The notes beneath the pieces were generated by a model. That model made no database searches, was not told the origin of the DNA, and saw only the letters and a program-made list of their open reading frames with translations. DNA of 32,921 nucleotides from a virus. Lineage: Duplodnaviria; Caudoviricetes. The stretch spans positions 1-32,921 of IMG/VR virus record IMGVR_UViG_3300027971_000143; one strand, written 5' to 3'. Below are positions 1 to 9,018 of this stretch, piece after piece; the first letter of the stretch is position 1, and every line of letters starts with the position of its first letter. A program made the position numbers and the translations under genes.

Positions 1-68
1 CCAGGACGCGCACCGTCGCAGTTCAGGGGTTTTCAGGGTTTGACAGATAAACTAAAACAGGGGGAAAA

Positions 69-1394
69 ATGATCAACGAAAGCTTGAAGAGTTTGGCCAC
101 GCCGATCGACGACTTGCACACGCTGCCTGGCAATCCACGCAGGGGCGACATTGCCGCCGTTGCGCGATCGCTCGAGCGCTTCGGACAACGCAAGCCGATC
201 GTTGCCAAACACAGCGACGGCACGATCATCGCAGGCAACCACACATGGCAAGCAGCGAAGCAGCTTGGCTGGAGTGAGATCGCGGTCGTTTGGACAGACG
301 ACGATGACAACACAGCCCACGCATTCGCGCTCGCGGATAACCGCACCGCCGAACTTGGAACCTACGACGAAGACGCGCTTCGAGAGATGATCGCGCAGCT
401 CGTAAATGTAGATCCAGAACTAGTAAGCGACGCCGGCTACAACCAGGAAGCGATCGCAGAGATTCTGAAGATTCCGGTCGAAGAGATTCCAATGGCCGGC
501 GACTTAGATGCAGCACCAGCGAAGTCAAGAACAGCGCACAGCGTCGAAGGCGACACATGGATCCTCGGGCCGCACCGCCTTGTTGTTGGAGATTCAACAA
601 ACGCAGAAATTCTAAGCAAGGCACTCGGCGGCAAACTTGCAGATTGCATCTTCACCGATCCGCCATACAACGTCGCATATACCGGCGGAACAAATGAAAG
701 CCTAACAATTCAGAACGACTCCATGAGCGACTTAGAATTCGAATCGTTTCTCCTTGCAACTTACGGAGCGATGTACGCAAACGCGAAAGAGGGCTGCCCG
801 ATTTATGTCTGCCACGCAGATGGAAGCAGCGTCACTTTCAGATCAGCGTTCAAGACTTCCGGATTTATGCTCAAACAAATTCTTATCTGGGTGAAAGACA
901 ACTTCACATTGAGCCGCCAGGATTACAACTGGCAGCACGAACCAATCATCTACGGATGGAAACCAGGAGCAGCTCATCCCTGGTTCGGCCCATTCAACGA
1001 CTCAACCGTTCTCGACTTCGCAACGAAGGACTTGGACACATTGAGCAAGACAGAACTCGTCAAGATAATCGAAACAGCAAGAGAGTCATCGACAATTATT
1101 CGAGAGCCACGTCCACGCAGAAATTCAGAACATCCGACCATGAAGCCCATCAACCTCATCACTCGTATATTGAGCAATTCGGCAAATCGTGACTCGGTTG
1201 TTCTGGATCCATTCGGTGGATCAGGATCCACTCTGGTCGCCGCTCACACACTAGGAATGACGGCAGCACTTGTCGAATTAGATCCGATATACGCAGACGT
1301 TATATGCAAGCGCTGGCAAGAACTGACTGGAATCCTTCCAATCAACGAACTCACCGGCAAGCCTTACGATTTCATAGGAAGCGACAATGCCTAA
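69..1394 (+). CDS. ParB/Srx N-terminal domain fused to N6-adenine/N4-cytosine DNA methyltransferase (beta-class order)
   Basis: N-terminal ParB-like NPR...FGQRKPIV...IIAGNHT...ADNR; catalytic IFTDPPYN precedes HPTMKP and SAM-binding VLDPFGGSGST; GGGGG RBS at 60-64. Confidence 0.93.
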   Translation: MINESLKSLATPIDDLHTLPGNPRRGDIAAVARSLERFGQRKPIVAKHSDGTIIAGNHTWQAAKQLGWSEIAVVWTDDDDNTAHAFALADNRTAELGTYDEDALREMIAQLVNVDPELVSDAGYNQEAIAEILKIPVEEIPMAGDLDAAPAKSRTAHSVEGDTWILGPHRLVVGDSTNAEILSKALGGKLADCIFTDPPYNVAYTGGTNESLTIQNDSMSDLEFESFLLATYGAMYANAKEGCPIYVCHADGSSVTFRSAFKTSGFMLKQILIWVKDNFTLSRQDYNWQHEPIIYGWKPGAAHPWFGPFNDSTVLDFATKDLDTLSKTELVKIIETARESSTIIREPRPRRNSEHPTMKPINLITRILSNSANRDSVVLDPFGGSGSTLVAAHTLGMTAALVELDPIYADVICKRWQELTGILPINELTGKPYDFIGSDNA

Positions 1395-1824
1395 TCCCCC
1401 AAAGACAATCGAGCAGAAGCGCAAACTGGGCAACCCAGGGAAACGACCACTTCCAGATAAAGCAAACCTGATTGCATTACCAATGGCGATGCAAACACCA
1501 GAACCACTTCGCCCACTTGGATCAGAAGGACAAAACATGTGGGAACGAATCTGGCAAGCAGGACGTGCATGGATTTCTCCAACCACAGACATCGAACATG
1601 TGATGATTCTTTGCGAAACGATGGATGAACGCGTTCAACTTCGGGCGATAGTTTTCAGAGGCGGAGAATGGCGCGACCGCGTTGCATTGCGCCACCTTGA
1701 TCACCAGATAACCGCAATGCTTTCATTGATTGCATTCAACCCGGTCGAGCGTTCGCGACTCGGACTTGCAGAAGTTCAAGCACAGACACGCATCCAGGAA
1801 TTGATGACGCGAGCACGTGGCTAA
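1387..1824 (+). CDS. terS: Terminase small subunit (P27-like)
   Basis: N-terminal PPKT..KRKLGNPGKRPL and C-terminal FNPVERSRL motifs; directly upstream of the large subunit. Confidence 0.85.
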   Translation: MPNPPKTIEQKRKLGNPGKRPLPDKANLIALPMAMQTPEPLRPLGSEGQNMWERIWQAGRAWISPTTDIEHVMILCETMDERVQLRAIVFRGGEWRDRVALRHLDHQITAMLSLIAFNPVERSRLGLAEVQAQTRIQELMTRARG

Positions 1825-3352
1825 AAAGAAAATTCAATCATGGCCGCCGCGTTGGATAACGCCGGTGACGATTGCAGATCGCAAACGCGGTGATGGCCCT
1901 TTATATTCTGAATTTGCAGAAGCCGTATGCAGAGTAACCAAAGACTCGGTCGCAGCACCAGCCGGCGAACTTTTACACCTGCGCGATTGGCAGAAGGAAC
2001 TTCTCAACCACGCACTAGCACGCAGGCCAGATGGCAGGATGAAACACAGAGTCGCCCTAATCGGCATGGCGAGAAAAAATGGAAAGAGCGCACTCGCAGC
2101 TTCGATGGGTTTATCCGCGCTCACACTTGGCGGCAACGGTTCCGAAATTTATTCATGCGCAGCAGATCGAGATCAGGCTCGCATCGTATTTGGAACAGCA
2201 AAGCGAATGGTTGAACTTGACCCGGAACTTTCTTCGATGTTTACACTTTACCGCGACGTAATCGAATACAAAGACAAGGGATCCGTTTACCGCGCCCTTT
2301 CAGCAGAGGCATACACGAAAGAAGGACTGAACCCTTCACCGATCGTGATCTTCGACGAAGTACACGCGCAGCCAAACCGCGAACTCTGGGATGTTATGTC
2401 GCTCGCCGGCGGCGCACGATCCGATTCACTTTTACTTGGCATCACCACAGCAGGAGTAAAGACGCAAGCAAACGGTCAGGACAGCCTCGCCTATTCATTA
2501 TATCAATACGGCCAGAAGCTCGTAAAGGGCGAACTCGTAGATCCGTCGTTTTTCTTTGCATGGTGGGAACCGAATAACCCAGAAGCAGATCATAGAGACA
2601 AGCAACTCTGGATTGAATCAAACCCAGGATTCGCAGACATCGTCGATGCCGAAGATTTCGAGAGCGCCGTCTTAAGAACACCAGAAGCAGAATTCAGAAC
2701 CAAGCGCACAAATTGCTTTGTATCAACAGCAACCGCCTGGCTTCCGACAGGATCTTGGGAAGCATTGATCGACACAGAGAGAACGCCAGAACCAGGCGAA
2801 AACGTCATCCTTGCATTTGACGGAGCCTTCTCAAACGACAGCACCGCGCTAGTTGCCTGGCTGCTTGGCGGAGATAAACCGCATCTCATGGTTGTAGGAA
2901 TCTGGGAACGACCAGACGATGCAGAACAGGGATGGCACGTGCCGGTGGCCGAAGTCGAACAGACGATCATCGACACTTTCAGAAATAGCAACTTCCAAAC
3001 CAAAGAGATCGTCTTCGACCCGGCGCGATGGCAGCGCACCTTCATGGTTCTAGACGAGCAAGGAATGCCAGTTGTTTCATATCCGAACAGCGCAGAGCGC
3101 ATGGTTCCAGCAACGCAAAAATTCTACGAAGCCGTAGTGAATCAAAGCTTTACCCACGATGGCGATGAGAGAATGGCAAGACACATAACAAACTGCGTCA
3201 CGAAGCAATCATCTCGGGGCGTAATGGTTGCGAAAGCAAGCTCGAAGCGGAAAGTCGATGCGGCAGTAGCCGCAATCTTCGGATACGACAGAGCAACGCA
3301 ACCACCAGAACCAAAGCCGCCTGTGGCTAGGTTCTTCTCGGTTCAACTTTAG
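1817..3352 (+). CDS. terL: Terminase large subunit
   Basis: GTG start; LRDWQ adenine-binding motif, Walker A MARKNGKS, Walker B VIFDEVH, ITTAG coupling motif, RNase H-like nuclease LAFDG...DST...KVDAAVA. Confidence 0.96.
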   Translation: MAKKKIQSWPPRWITPVTIADRKRGDGPLYSEFAEAVCRVTKDSVAAPAGELLHLRDWQKELLNHALARRPDGRMKHRVALIGMARKNGKSALAASMGLSALTLGGNGSEIYSCAADRDQARIVFGTAKRMVELDPELSSMFTLYRDVIEYKDKGSVYRALSAEAYTKEGLNPSPIVIFDEVHAQPNRELWDVMSLAGGARSDSLLLGITTAGVKTQANGQDSLAYSLYQYGQKLVKGELVDPSFFFAWWEPNNPEADHRDKQLWIESNPGFADIVDAEDFESAVLRTPEAEFRTKRTNCFVSTATAWLPTGSWEALIDTERTPEPGENVILAFDGAFSNDSTALVAWLLGGDKPHLMVVGIWERPDDAEQGWHVPVAEVEQTIIDTFRNSNFQTKEIVFDPARWQRTFMVLDEQGMPVVSYPNSAERMVPATQKFYEAVVNQSFTHDGDERMARHITNCVTKQSSRGVMVAKASSKRKVDAAVAAIFGYDRATQPPEPKPPVARFFSVQL

Positions 3353-3359
3353 GAGCGCA

Positions 3360-3500
3360 ATGAAAAAAATAGACTTCTCACTCGTAGCAGAGGTGACTGG
3401 CGTAGCATTAGCAACCACAGGAATCGCAATGCTCTCATTGCCGATCGCATTAATTACACTGGGAACATTTCTAGTATGGATAACAGAAAAGGCTAACTGA
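3360..3500 (+). CDS. Small membrane protein (46 aa) between terminase and portal; not in the ORF track
   Basis: Hand-translated MKKIDFSLVAEVTGVALATTGIAMLSLPIALITLGTFLVWITEKAN; AGGAG RBS; stop overlaps the portal ATG (TGATG). Confidence 0.75.
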   Translation: MKKIDFSLVAEVTGVALATTGIAMLSLPIALITLGTFLVWITEKAN

Positions 3501-5161
3501 TGAGTCTATCGAAGCGAATCAAAGCAGCAGAGCAGAAGCGCACAAACAATAGCCAATGGGTCGAACCACTCATCCCAGGACGCCCTGCTTACATGGCCCC
3601 ATCTGGAATCGATGTAACAGCAGACTCTGCAATCCGCATGTCAACAGTTTATGCATGCGTCCGATTGCTCGGCGATACGATTTCCTCATTGCCACTTGCA
3701 GCATACGTCCGACGCGGAAGAAACAGAATCTCATACGCCAGCGTTTACGGAGAGCAACCAGCCTGGATCAATAAACCGAATCCAGAAGCATCGCGCCTCG
3801 AGTTTTACGAACAGATCATCGCCTCACTTAATATTCATGGCAACGCATTCATCCTCACCGTTCGCGACGACATGGGCGAAGTTCAAGAGGTCTACTGTGT
3901 TCATCCAGACGACGTTCGCATTGAACGACCACGTCCTGGCGAGCCAATTATCTATAAGATGAGAGATGCAGAAGGAATATATTCTCGCATTTTGACCTCA
4001 CGCGAAATGAAACACATCCCACTCTTTAGACTTCCAGGATCCATGTACGGCCTCGGCCCGATCGCAGCAGCTCGACTCACGATCGGCGCAGCAATGGCAG
4101 CAGACACATACGCAGCCGCATACTTCGGCAACGCAGCAAACCCAGGCGGCGTCATTGAAGTGCCGGGCGAATTAACAGAAGAGCAGGCAGGCGACATCGG
4201 CCGCGATTGGAACATCACCCACACAGGGCCGTACCGCGCAGGCAAGATCGGAATCCTTTCCGGCGGCGCACAATTTCGCCCACTGACACTCAACGCAGCA
4301 GATGCGCAGCTACTAGAAGCGAGACGCTTCAACGTTGAAGACATTGCAAGATTATTCAGAGTACCGATCAGCCTGCTCGGACATCCAGTAGCAGGAGCAA
4401 TGTCCTTTGCAAGCGTTGAAGCACAGAACCTCTCATTCGTGCAGCACTCACTTCGTCCATTACTGGAACGAATCGAACAATCAATGTCCGAATTACTTCC
4501 AGAACCAGACGGCTTCATCAAATTCAATCTTGACGCATTGCTTCGTGGAACCACTCTCGAGCGATTCGACGCATACACAAAGGGCCTCCGCGAAGGCTTC
4601 CTATCACTTAACGACGTCCGCGCCGTTGAAGATTTATCGCCACTCGGAGTAGCAGGCGATCAATTCAGAGTGCCACTTCAGAACATCGACGCAGCAGATG
4701 CACCAGATGTAGGCCTCAAACTTCGAGCTGAGATCGCAGCAAGCCTGATCCAGGTCGGCTTCGATCCAAAGGCCGTAACAGAAGCGGTCGGATTGCCAGC
4801 AATGGCCCATACAGGACTGCCATCAACACAGCTGCAACAGATCTCAACGATAGATCCAGCAGATCCAAAGAGCGCATACGAAGTCAACTCAAGAGAAGCA
4901 AGAAGCGAGCAACCGCACATGGTTCTACAAGTTCCAGAACCAACCGTCAACGTTGCGGCTCCGAATGTAACAATTGAACCGGCGATGGTTATGCTTGAAT
5001 CACCTCAAGTCAATGTTGAAGCGCCAAATGTAAGCGTCGATGCACCGACAGTAAATGTGACAAATACAATCGAGCGCAAGAGAGTCCGTAGAAAAATCAT
5101 CCGAGATGAAAACAATTTGATTATTGAAGTCATCGAAGAATTTGTAGAAGGGGATGAATAA
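3500..5161 (+). CDS. Portal protein, HK97 family, with C-terminal extension
   Basis: TVYACVRLLGDTISSLPL, KPNP, GNAF, YGLGPI, FGNAANPGG, EDIARLFRVP, LSLNDVR..EDL.P motifs; position after terL. Confidence 0.95.
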   Translation: MSLSKRIKAAEQKRTNNSQWVEPLIPGRPAYMAPSGIDVTADSAIRMSTVYACVRLLGDTISSLPLAAYVRRGRNRISYASVYGEQPAWINKPNPEASRLEFYEQIIASLNIHGNAFILTVRDDMGEVQEVYCVHPDDVRIERPRPGEPIIYKMRDAEGIYSRILTSREMKHIPLFRLPGSMYGLGPIAAARLTIGAAMAADTYAAAYFGNAANPGGVIEVPGELTEEQAGDIGRDWNITHTGPYRAGKIGILSGGAQFRPLTLNAADAQLLEARRFNVEDIARLFRVPISLLGHPVAGAMSFASVEAQNLSFVQHSLRPLLERIEQSMSELLPEPDGFIKFNLDALLRGTTLERFDAYTKGLREGFLSLNDVRAVEDLSPLGVAGDQFRVPLQNIDAADAPDVGLKLRAEIAASLIQVGFDPKAVTEAVGLPAMAHTGLPSTQLQQISTIDPADPKSAYEVNSREARSEQPHMVLQVPEPTVNVAAPNVTIEPAMVMLESPQVNVEAPNVSVDAPTVNVTNTIERKRVRRKIIRDENNLIIEVIEEFVEGDE

Positions 5162-5544
5162 TGGCAACAGGTCTAAGTTCTTATCTTGCTAACAAATTTC
5201 TGGATTCAGTTGGCAACGCCACCGCTTACTCAGCAGCCAACGTTTATGTGAAACTTCACATCGGCGATCCAGGAGCAAACGGCACAGGCAATCCAGCAAC
5301 AGAGACAACTCGCAAAGCAGCCTCATTTGCTGCAGCAACAGCCGGTGGACTTACATCCGATGCAGACGTTTCCTGGACAAACATCGCAGGCTCAGAAGAT
5401 TCCACCTTCTTCACAGTATGGGATAACGCAACAGCAGGAAATTTCTTGTTTAGCGGAGCCGTAACAGGTAATGCATATACAGCAGGCGATACCTTCACAA
5501 TTCCAAGTGGATCACTAACAGCATCCCTAACACTCGCGAGCTAA
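5161..5544 (+). CDS. Putative virion structural protein (Ala/Thr/Gly-rich, beta-strand-like)
   Basis: LSSYLANKFLD...YVKLHIGDPG...WDNATAGNFL...GDTFTIPSGSL resembles small phage virion proteins; TAATG coupling to the portal. Confidence 0.6.
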   Translation: MATGLSSYLANKFLDSVGNATAYSAANVYVKLHIGDPGANGTGNPATETTRKAASFAAATAGGLTSDADVSWTNIAGSEDSTFFTVWDNATAGNFLFSGAVTGNAYTAGDTFTIPSGSLTASLTLAS

Positions 5545-5545
5545 C

Positions 5546-5926
5546 ATGGCGCAATTCGTCCTTGATACTTCTCACCTCGATGTTGACGTATTAGGCCCGA
5601 TTACCTTCGCGACAGCAAGCGCTTCATTAGGATCCATAGCAGCAACGGCAACCGTAGCAATCGACAACATTGTCGCAGCTAATGCGCCTCTTGGAGCATT
5701 GCTAGCACAGGCAAACATTCCACAGGCGATAGTTCAAACTTCTGGTTCGCTAGGACTTCCGAACTACGTTCAACCAAACATCATCAGGCCAGAGATACAG
5801 ATAAAGCAAGCCAAGAAAATAAAAGGACAAGCAAAGACACGACTAGGCGCAATGAAAATACAAGCAACATCAAGAATAGACTTCTCTGTGCTTAACGACG
5901 ACGCAGAACTTCTCTTAGTGATATAG
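5546..5926 (+). CDS. Hypothetical protein, probably virion-associated
   Basis: 126 aa ORF tiled in the head operon; N-terminal FVLDTS.L motif resembles motifs in the tail hub protein. Confidence 0.6.
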   Translation: MAQFVLDTSHLDVDVLGPITFATASASLGSIAATATVAIDNIVAANAPLGALLAQANIPQAIVQTSGSLGLPNYVQPNIIRPEIQIKQAKKIKGQAKTRLGAMKIQATSRIDFSVLNDDAELLLVI

Positions 5927-5933
5927 GACAAAA

Positions 5934-7469
5934 ATGCCATATTTAATAAGCGACAAGCAGAGCGATTGCGCAGGATGGGCAGCCGTTAAAGAAGAAGCAG
6001 ATGGCACATACACGACAATCGGATGCCATCAAAATAAGCAAGATGCCATCGACCAGATGGTGGCAGTTTCGATCGCAGAAAAGATAGAACCAGGCGGTGA
6101 AGTAAGCAACCGAGCCGTTGATTTATCGGCCCCGGCATTTATTCGAGCAAACGCAAAGCGTGGACTTGCATATTTGGCAGAAGGATATGGCGGCGACGGC
6201 CTGACAGAAGGAACCAAGCAAGCAGCTCGAGAGATGGCAGCAGGAAATATCACCGAAAACAAGATCAGGAAAATGGCCCCCTGGTTTGCAAGACACAAAG
6301 TCGATGGCCAGGCAGCAAAGAACAGCAACCCATCCGATCCACAATACCCAGGCCCAGGATTAGTCGCCTGGCTTTTATGGGGCGGAGATTCAGACTTCAG
6401 CGACCGAGCACAAAACTGGGCGCAAAGGAAGATAGATGCACTCGACGCAGAAGAAGACTCAAGGAGCAAAATGACAAAGAAAATCGAACGCCGCACCTTT
6501 ACGATCAAGAACGTAGAAGCTCGCCAGGCAGAAGACGGAACCATGCGCCTCTCAGGATACGCAGCCGTATTCAACGAAGACAGCGTGCCGCTTCCATTCC
6601 TTGAGAGAATTGCACCCGGCGCATTCAGGAAGACCCTGACAGAGACACCAGATGTTCGCCTCTTGATCAACCACGAAGGCCTACCTTTGGCACGAACAAA
6701 GAACAAAACGCTTCGACTTCACGAAGACGAAACCGGCCTCTACATGGACGCCGATCTCCCAGACACGCAAGCAGCTCGCGACCTTTACACACTGGTCGAG
6801 CGCGGCGATGTTGATCAGATGAGCTTCGCATTCAGAGTGATCCGCCAGAAGTGGAGCGAAGATCGCAGCCGCCGGGTTCTTACCGAGCTCAGCCTTTCAG
6901 ACGGCGACGTTTCAGTTGTGACTTACCCGGCCTATCCAACGACCACAGTCGAAGCTAGGGAACAGATCGCAGCAGCTCGAAAAGCAATCAAGGAAGGCCG
7001 CGAGATCACAGGCGAAAGCCTGATCGTAATCCAGGCAATTCTCGACAAGATCGACGAATCATACGAATATCTTGGCGAAGGAAAATCGATGCTGGAAACA
7101 GTTCTTGGAATTTCAGAAGACCCAATGATGGAAGAAGACGGAATTCGCGCAGTCGATACAGTCGGCAGCTTTGTATCATGGGATTCTTCAGGTGGAACAG
7201 CACGTGGAAGAATCGAACATGTTATGCGAGAAGGCGTTCTAGGAATACCAGGAACAGATTTCTCAATAACAGCTGAAGATGGTGATCCTGCTGTTTTGAT
7301 TAGAATCTATGAAGAATTTCGAGATGGATGGCGTGCAACAGAAACTCTCGTAGGACACAAAGCCTCCACACTTACAGCAATCGATCCATTACCAGAAGCA
7401 AGTCCAGAAGATGCAAGTCGTAAGATTTCTCTACGCCTTGCTCAAGCAATCGTAAACAATATAAACTAG
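5934..7469 (+). CDS. HK97-family prohead protease with extra N- and C-terminal domains
   Basis: Core LSGYAAVFN, ERIAPGAF, LLINH, RGDVDQMSFAF, DVSVVTYPAYP; about 180 aa N-terminal and SH3/Tudor-like C-terminal additions. Confidence 0.92.
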   Translation: MPYLISDKQSDCAGWAAVKEEADGTYTTIGCHQNKQDAIDQMVAVSIAEKIEPGGEVSNRAVDLSAPAFIRANAKRGLAYLAEGYGGDGLTEGTKQAAREMAAGNITENKIRKMAPWFARHKVDGQAAKNSNPSDPQYPGPGLVAWLLWGGDSDFSDRAQNWAQRKIDALDAEEDSRSKMTKKIERRTFTIKNVEARQAEDGTMRLSGYAAVFNEDSVPLPFLERIAPGAFRKTLTETPDVRLLINHEGLPLARTKNKTLRLHEDETGLYMDADLPDTQAARDLYTLVERGDVDQMSFAFRVIRQKWSEDRSRRVLTELSLSDGDVSVVTYPAYPTTTVEAREQIAAARKAIKEGREITGESLIVIQAILDKIDESYEYLGEGKSMLETVLGISEDPMMEEDGIRAVDTVGSFVSWDSSGGTARGRIEHVMREGVLGIPGTDFSITAEDGDPAVLIRIYEEFRDGWRATETLVGHKASTLTAIDPLPEASPEDASRKISLRLAQAIVNNIN

Positions 7470-7472
7470 AAT

Positions 7473-7550
7473 TCTGCTGCAATCAGCAGATACAAAGCCG
7501 GAGCGCCTCTCGCACCCAATATGCGCCGCGAGAAAAAGTGACACCACTTT
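7473..7550 (+). promoter_or_regulatory. Structured 5' leader of the major capsid gene (three hairpins)
   Basis: TCTGCTG/CAGCAGA (7473-7490), TCTCGC/GCGAGA (7508-7533), AAAGTG/CACTTT (7535-7550), upstream of the AAGGAG RBS. Confidence 0.45.
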
Positions 7551-7582
7551 GATCCAAACCCTAATCAGAAGGAGATCAACAC

Positions 7583-8935
7583 ATGTCAAAGTCTTTCCTT
7601 GATAAGTTGATCGAGCGTCGTGATGCAGTTAAGTCAGAGATGGACGCAGTTCTTGAAGCAGTAGCAGAAGAGAACCGCACTGACCTAACAGAAGAGGAAA
7701 CCACAAAGGTGGATACACTCGTAGAAGAATCACGCTCACTCGATTCAAAGATTGAAAAGATGAAAGCACAGGCAGATGCAGATGCAAAGGCATCTGAAAT
7801 CCGCTCAGCAGTTTCAGATGTTGTAATGCCACGCACAACAGGCGGCGCAACAATCACACGCGAAGAGCGTACATATTCAGCAAACTCAGGTGCATCATTC
7901 GTGAAGGACGCATTCAATGCGCAATTCTCAAATGACTACGCAGCAAACGAGCGCCTCGCACGCCATATGCGTGAAGAGTCAATCGAGCGTCGCGATGTTG
8001 GAACAGCACAATTCGAAGGTCTTGTAATTCCACAATATCTCGTTGACCTTGCAGCTCCACTAGCACGCGCAGGACGCCCATTCGCAGATGCAGCTACAAA
8101 CAAGATGGCACTTCCACCAAGTGGAATGACTCTGAACATTAGCCGCATGACCACAGGTTCATCAACAGCCGTTCAAGTTACACAGAACGATGCAGTATCA
8201 GAAACAGATGTGGATGACACACTGCTCACGATCAATGTTCGTACAATCGCAGGCCAGCAAGATATTTCTCGTCAGGCACTAGAGCGCGGAACAGGTATCG
8301 ATTCATTCGTAATCGCTGACTTGATCAAGTCATGGCATACAACACTCGACTCACAGATCCTCAATGGCGCAGGCACAGCCGGCACAATCAAGGGCCTTCG
8401 TGCTTCAGGTGGAAACGCAATCACATTCACATCAACAGCGCCAACAGTCGGATTGCTTTATCCAAAGCTCGCTGATGCAATTCAGCAGATCCAGACAAAC
8501 GCATTCGTTTCACCTACACACTTCGTGGTACACCCACGTCGTCTCGCATTCTTGCTCGCAGCAGTGGACAGCACAAACCGTCCACTTGTTGTACCAGCAG
8601 CAAACGGTGCGACAAACGCAATCGGCGTAGGCGGATCACCAGCATACGGAAACTCCGGATACCAGATGCTCGGACTTCCAATCATCACTGATGCAAACAT
8701 CGGAACAACATACGGAACAACAACAAACCAGGATGAAATCTATTGCGTAACAGCAAGCGAAGCTCATCTCTGGGAGCAGCCAGGATCACCATTCGCACTT
8801 CGCTTCGATGCGACAGGCGCTGGAAACCTTCAAATCAAATCTGTTGTTTACGGCTACGCCGCATTCACAGCAGAGCGCTACCCACTTGCAGCCTCGATTA
8901 TTTCAGGCACAGGTCTAAGCGCTCCAACCTTCTAG
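7583..8935 (+). CDS. Major capsid protein, HK97 fold, with N-terminal coiled-coil scaffold (delta) domain
   Basis: Charged helical N-terminus; GLVIPQY, ISRQALER, ILNGAG, LGLPII motifs; strong RBS; position after the protease. Confidence 0.93.
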   Translation: MSKSFLDKLIERRDAVKSEMDAVLEAVAEENRTDLTEEETTKVDTLVEESRSLDSKIEKMKAQADADAKASEIRSAVSDVVMPRTTGGATITREERTYSANSGASFVKDAFNAQFSNDYAANERLARHMREESIERRDVGTAQFEGLVIPQYLVDLAAPLARAGRPFADAATNKMALPPSGMTLNISRMTTGSSTAVQVTQNDAVSETDVDDTLLTINVRTIAGQQDISRQALERGTGIDSFVIADLIKSWHTTLDSQILNGAGTAGTIKGLRASGGNAITFTSTAPTVGLLYPKLADAIQQIQTNAFVSPTHFVVHPRRLAFLLAAVDSTNRPLVVPAANGATNAIGVGGSPAYGNSGYQMLGLPIITDANIGTTYGTTTNQDEIYCVTASEAHLWEQPGSPFALRFDATGAGNLQIKSVVYGYAAFTAERYPLAASIISGTGLSAPTF

Positions 8936-8955
8936 TCGAAGGACAGCACTAAATT

Positions 8956-9000
8956 GTGCAGGGCGAGTGGCCCACCCCCCGAGTCACTCGCCCTGCACTT
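8956..9000 (+). terminator. Strong hairpin after the capsid gene (terminator or attenuator)
   Basis: 14-bp perfect stem GTGCAGGGCGAGTG (8956-8969) / CACTCGCCCTGCAC (8985-8998); weak U-tract. Confidence 0.65.
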
Positions 9001-9018
9001 CTAAACAGGGGGAAACAA

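Noticed and set aside
40-68. Sigma-70 promoter from TTGACA at 40-45
   Set aside because: No acceptable -10 at a 16-18 nt spacing before the RBS; retained only as part of the CTGTCAA motif observation
6029-6706. Long antisense ORFs (e.g. 6029-6706, 3952-4578, 21886-22530, 2590-3102)
   Set aside because: Shadows of well-supported + strand genes, with no motifs or RBS
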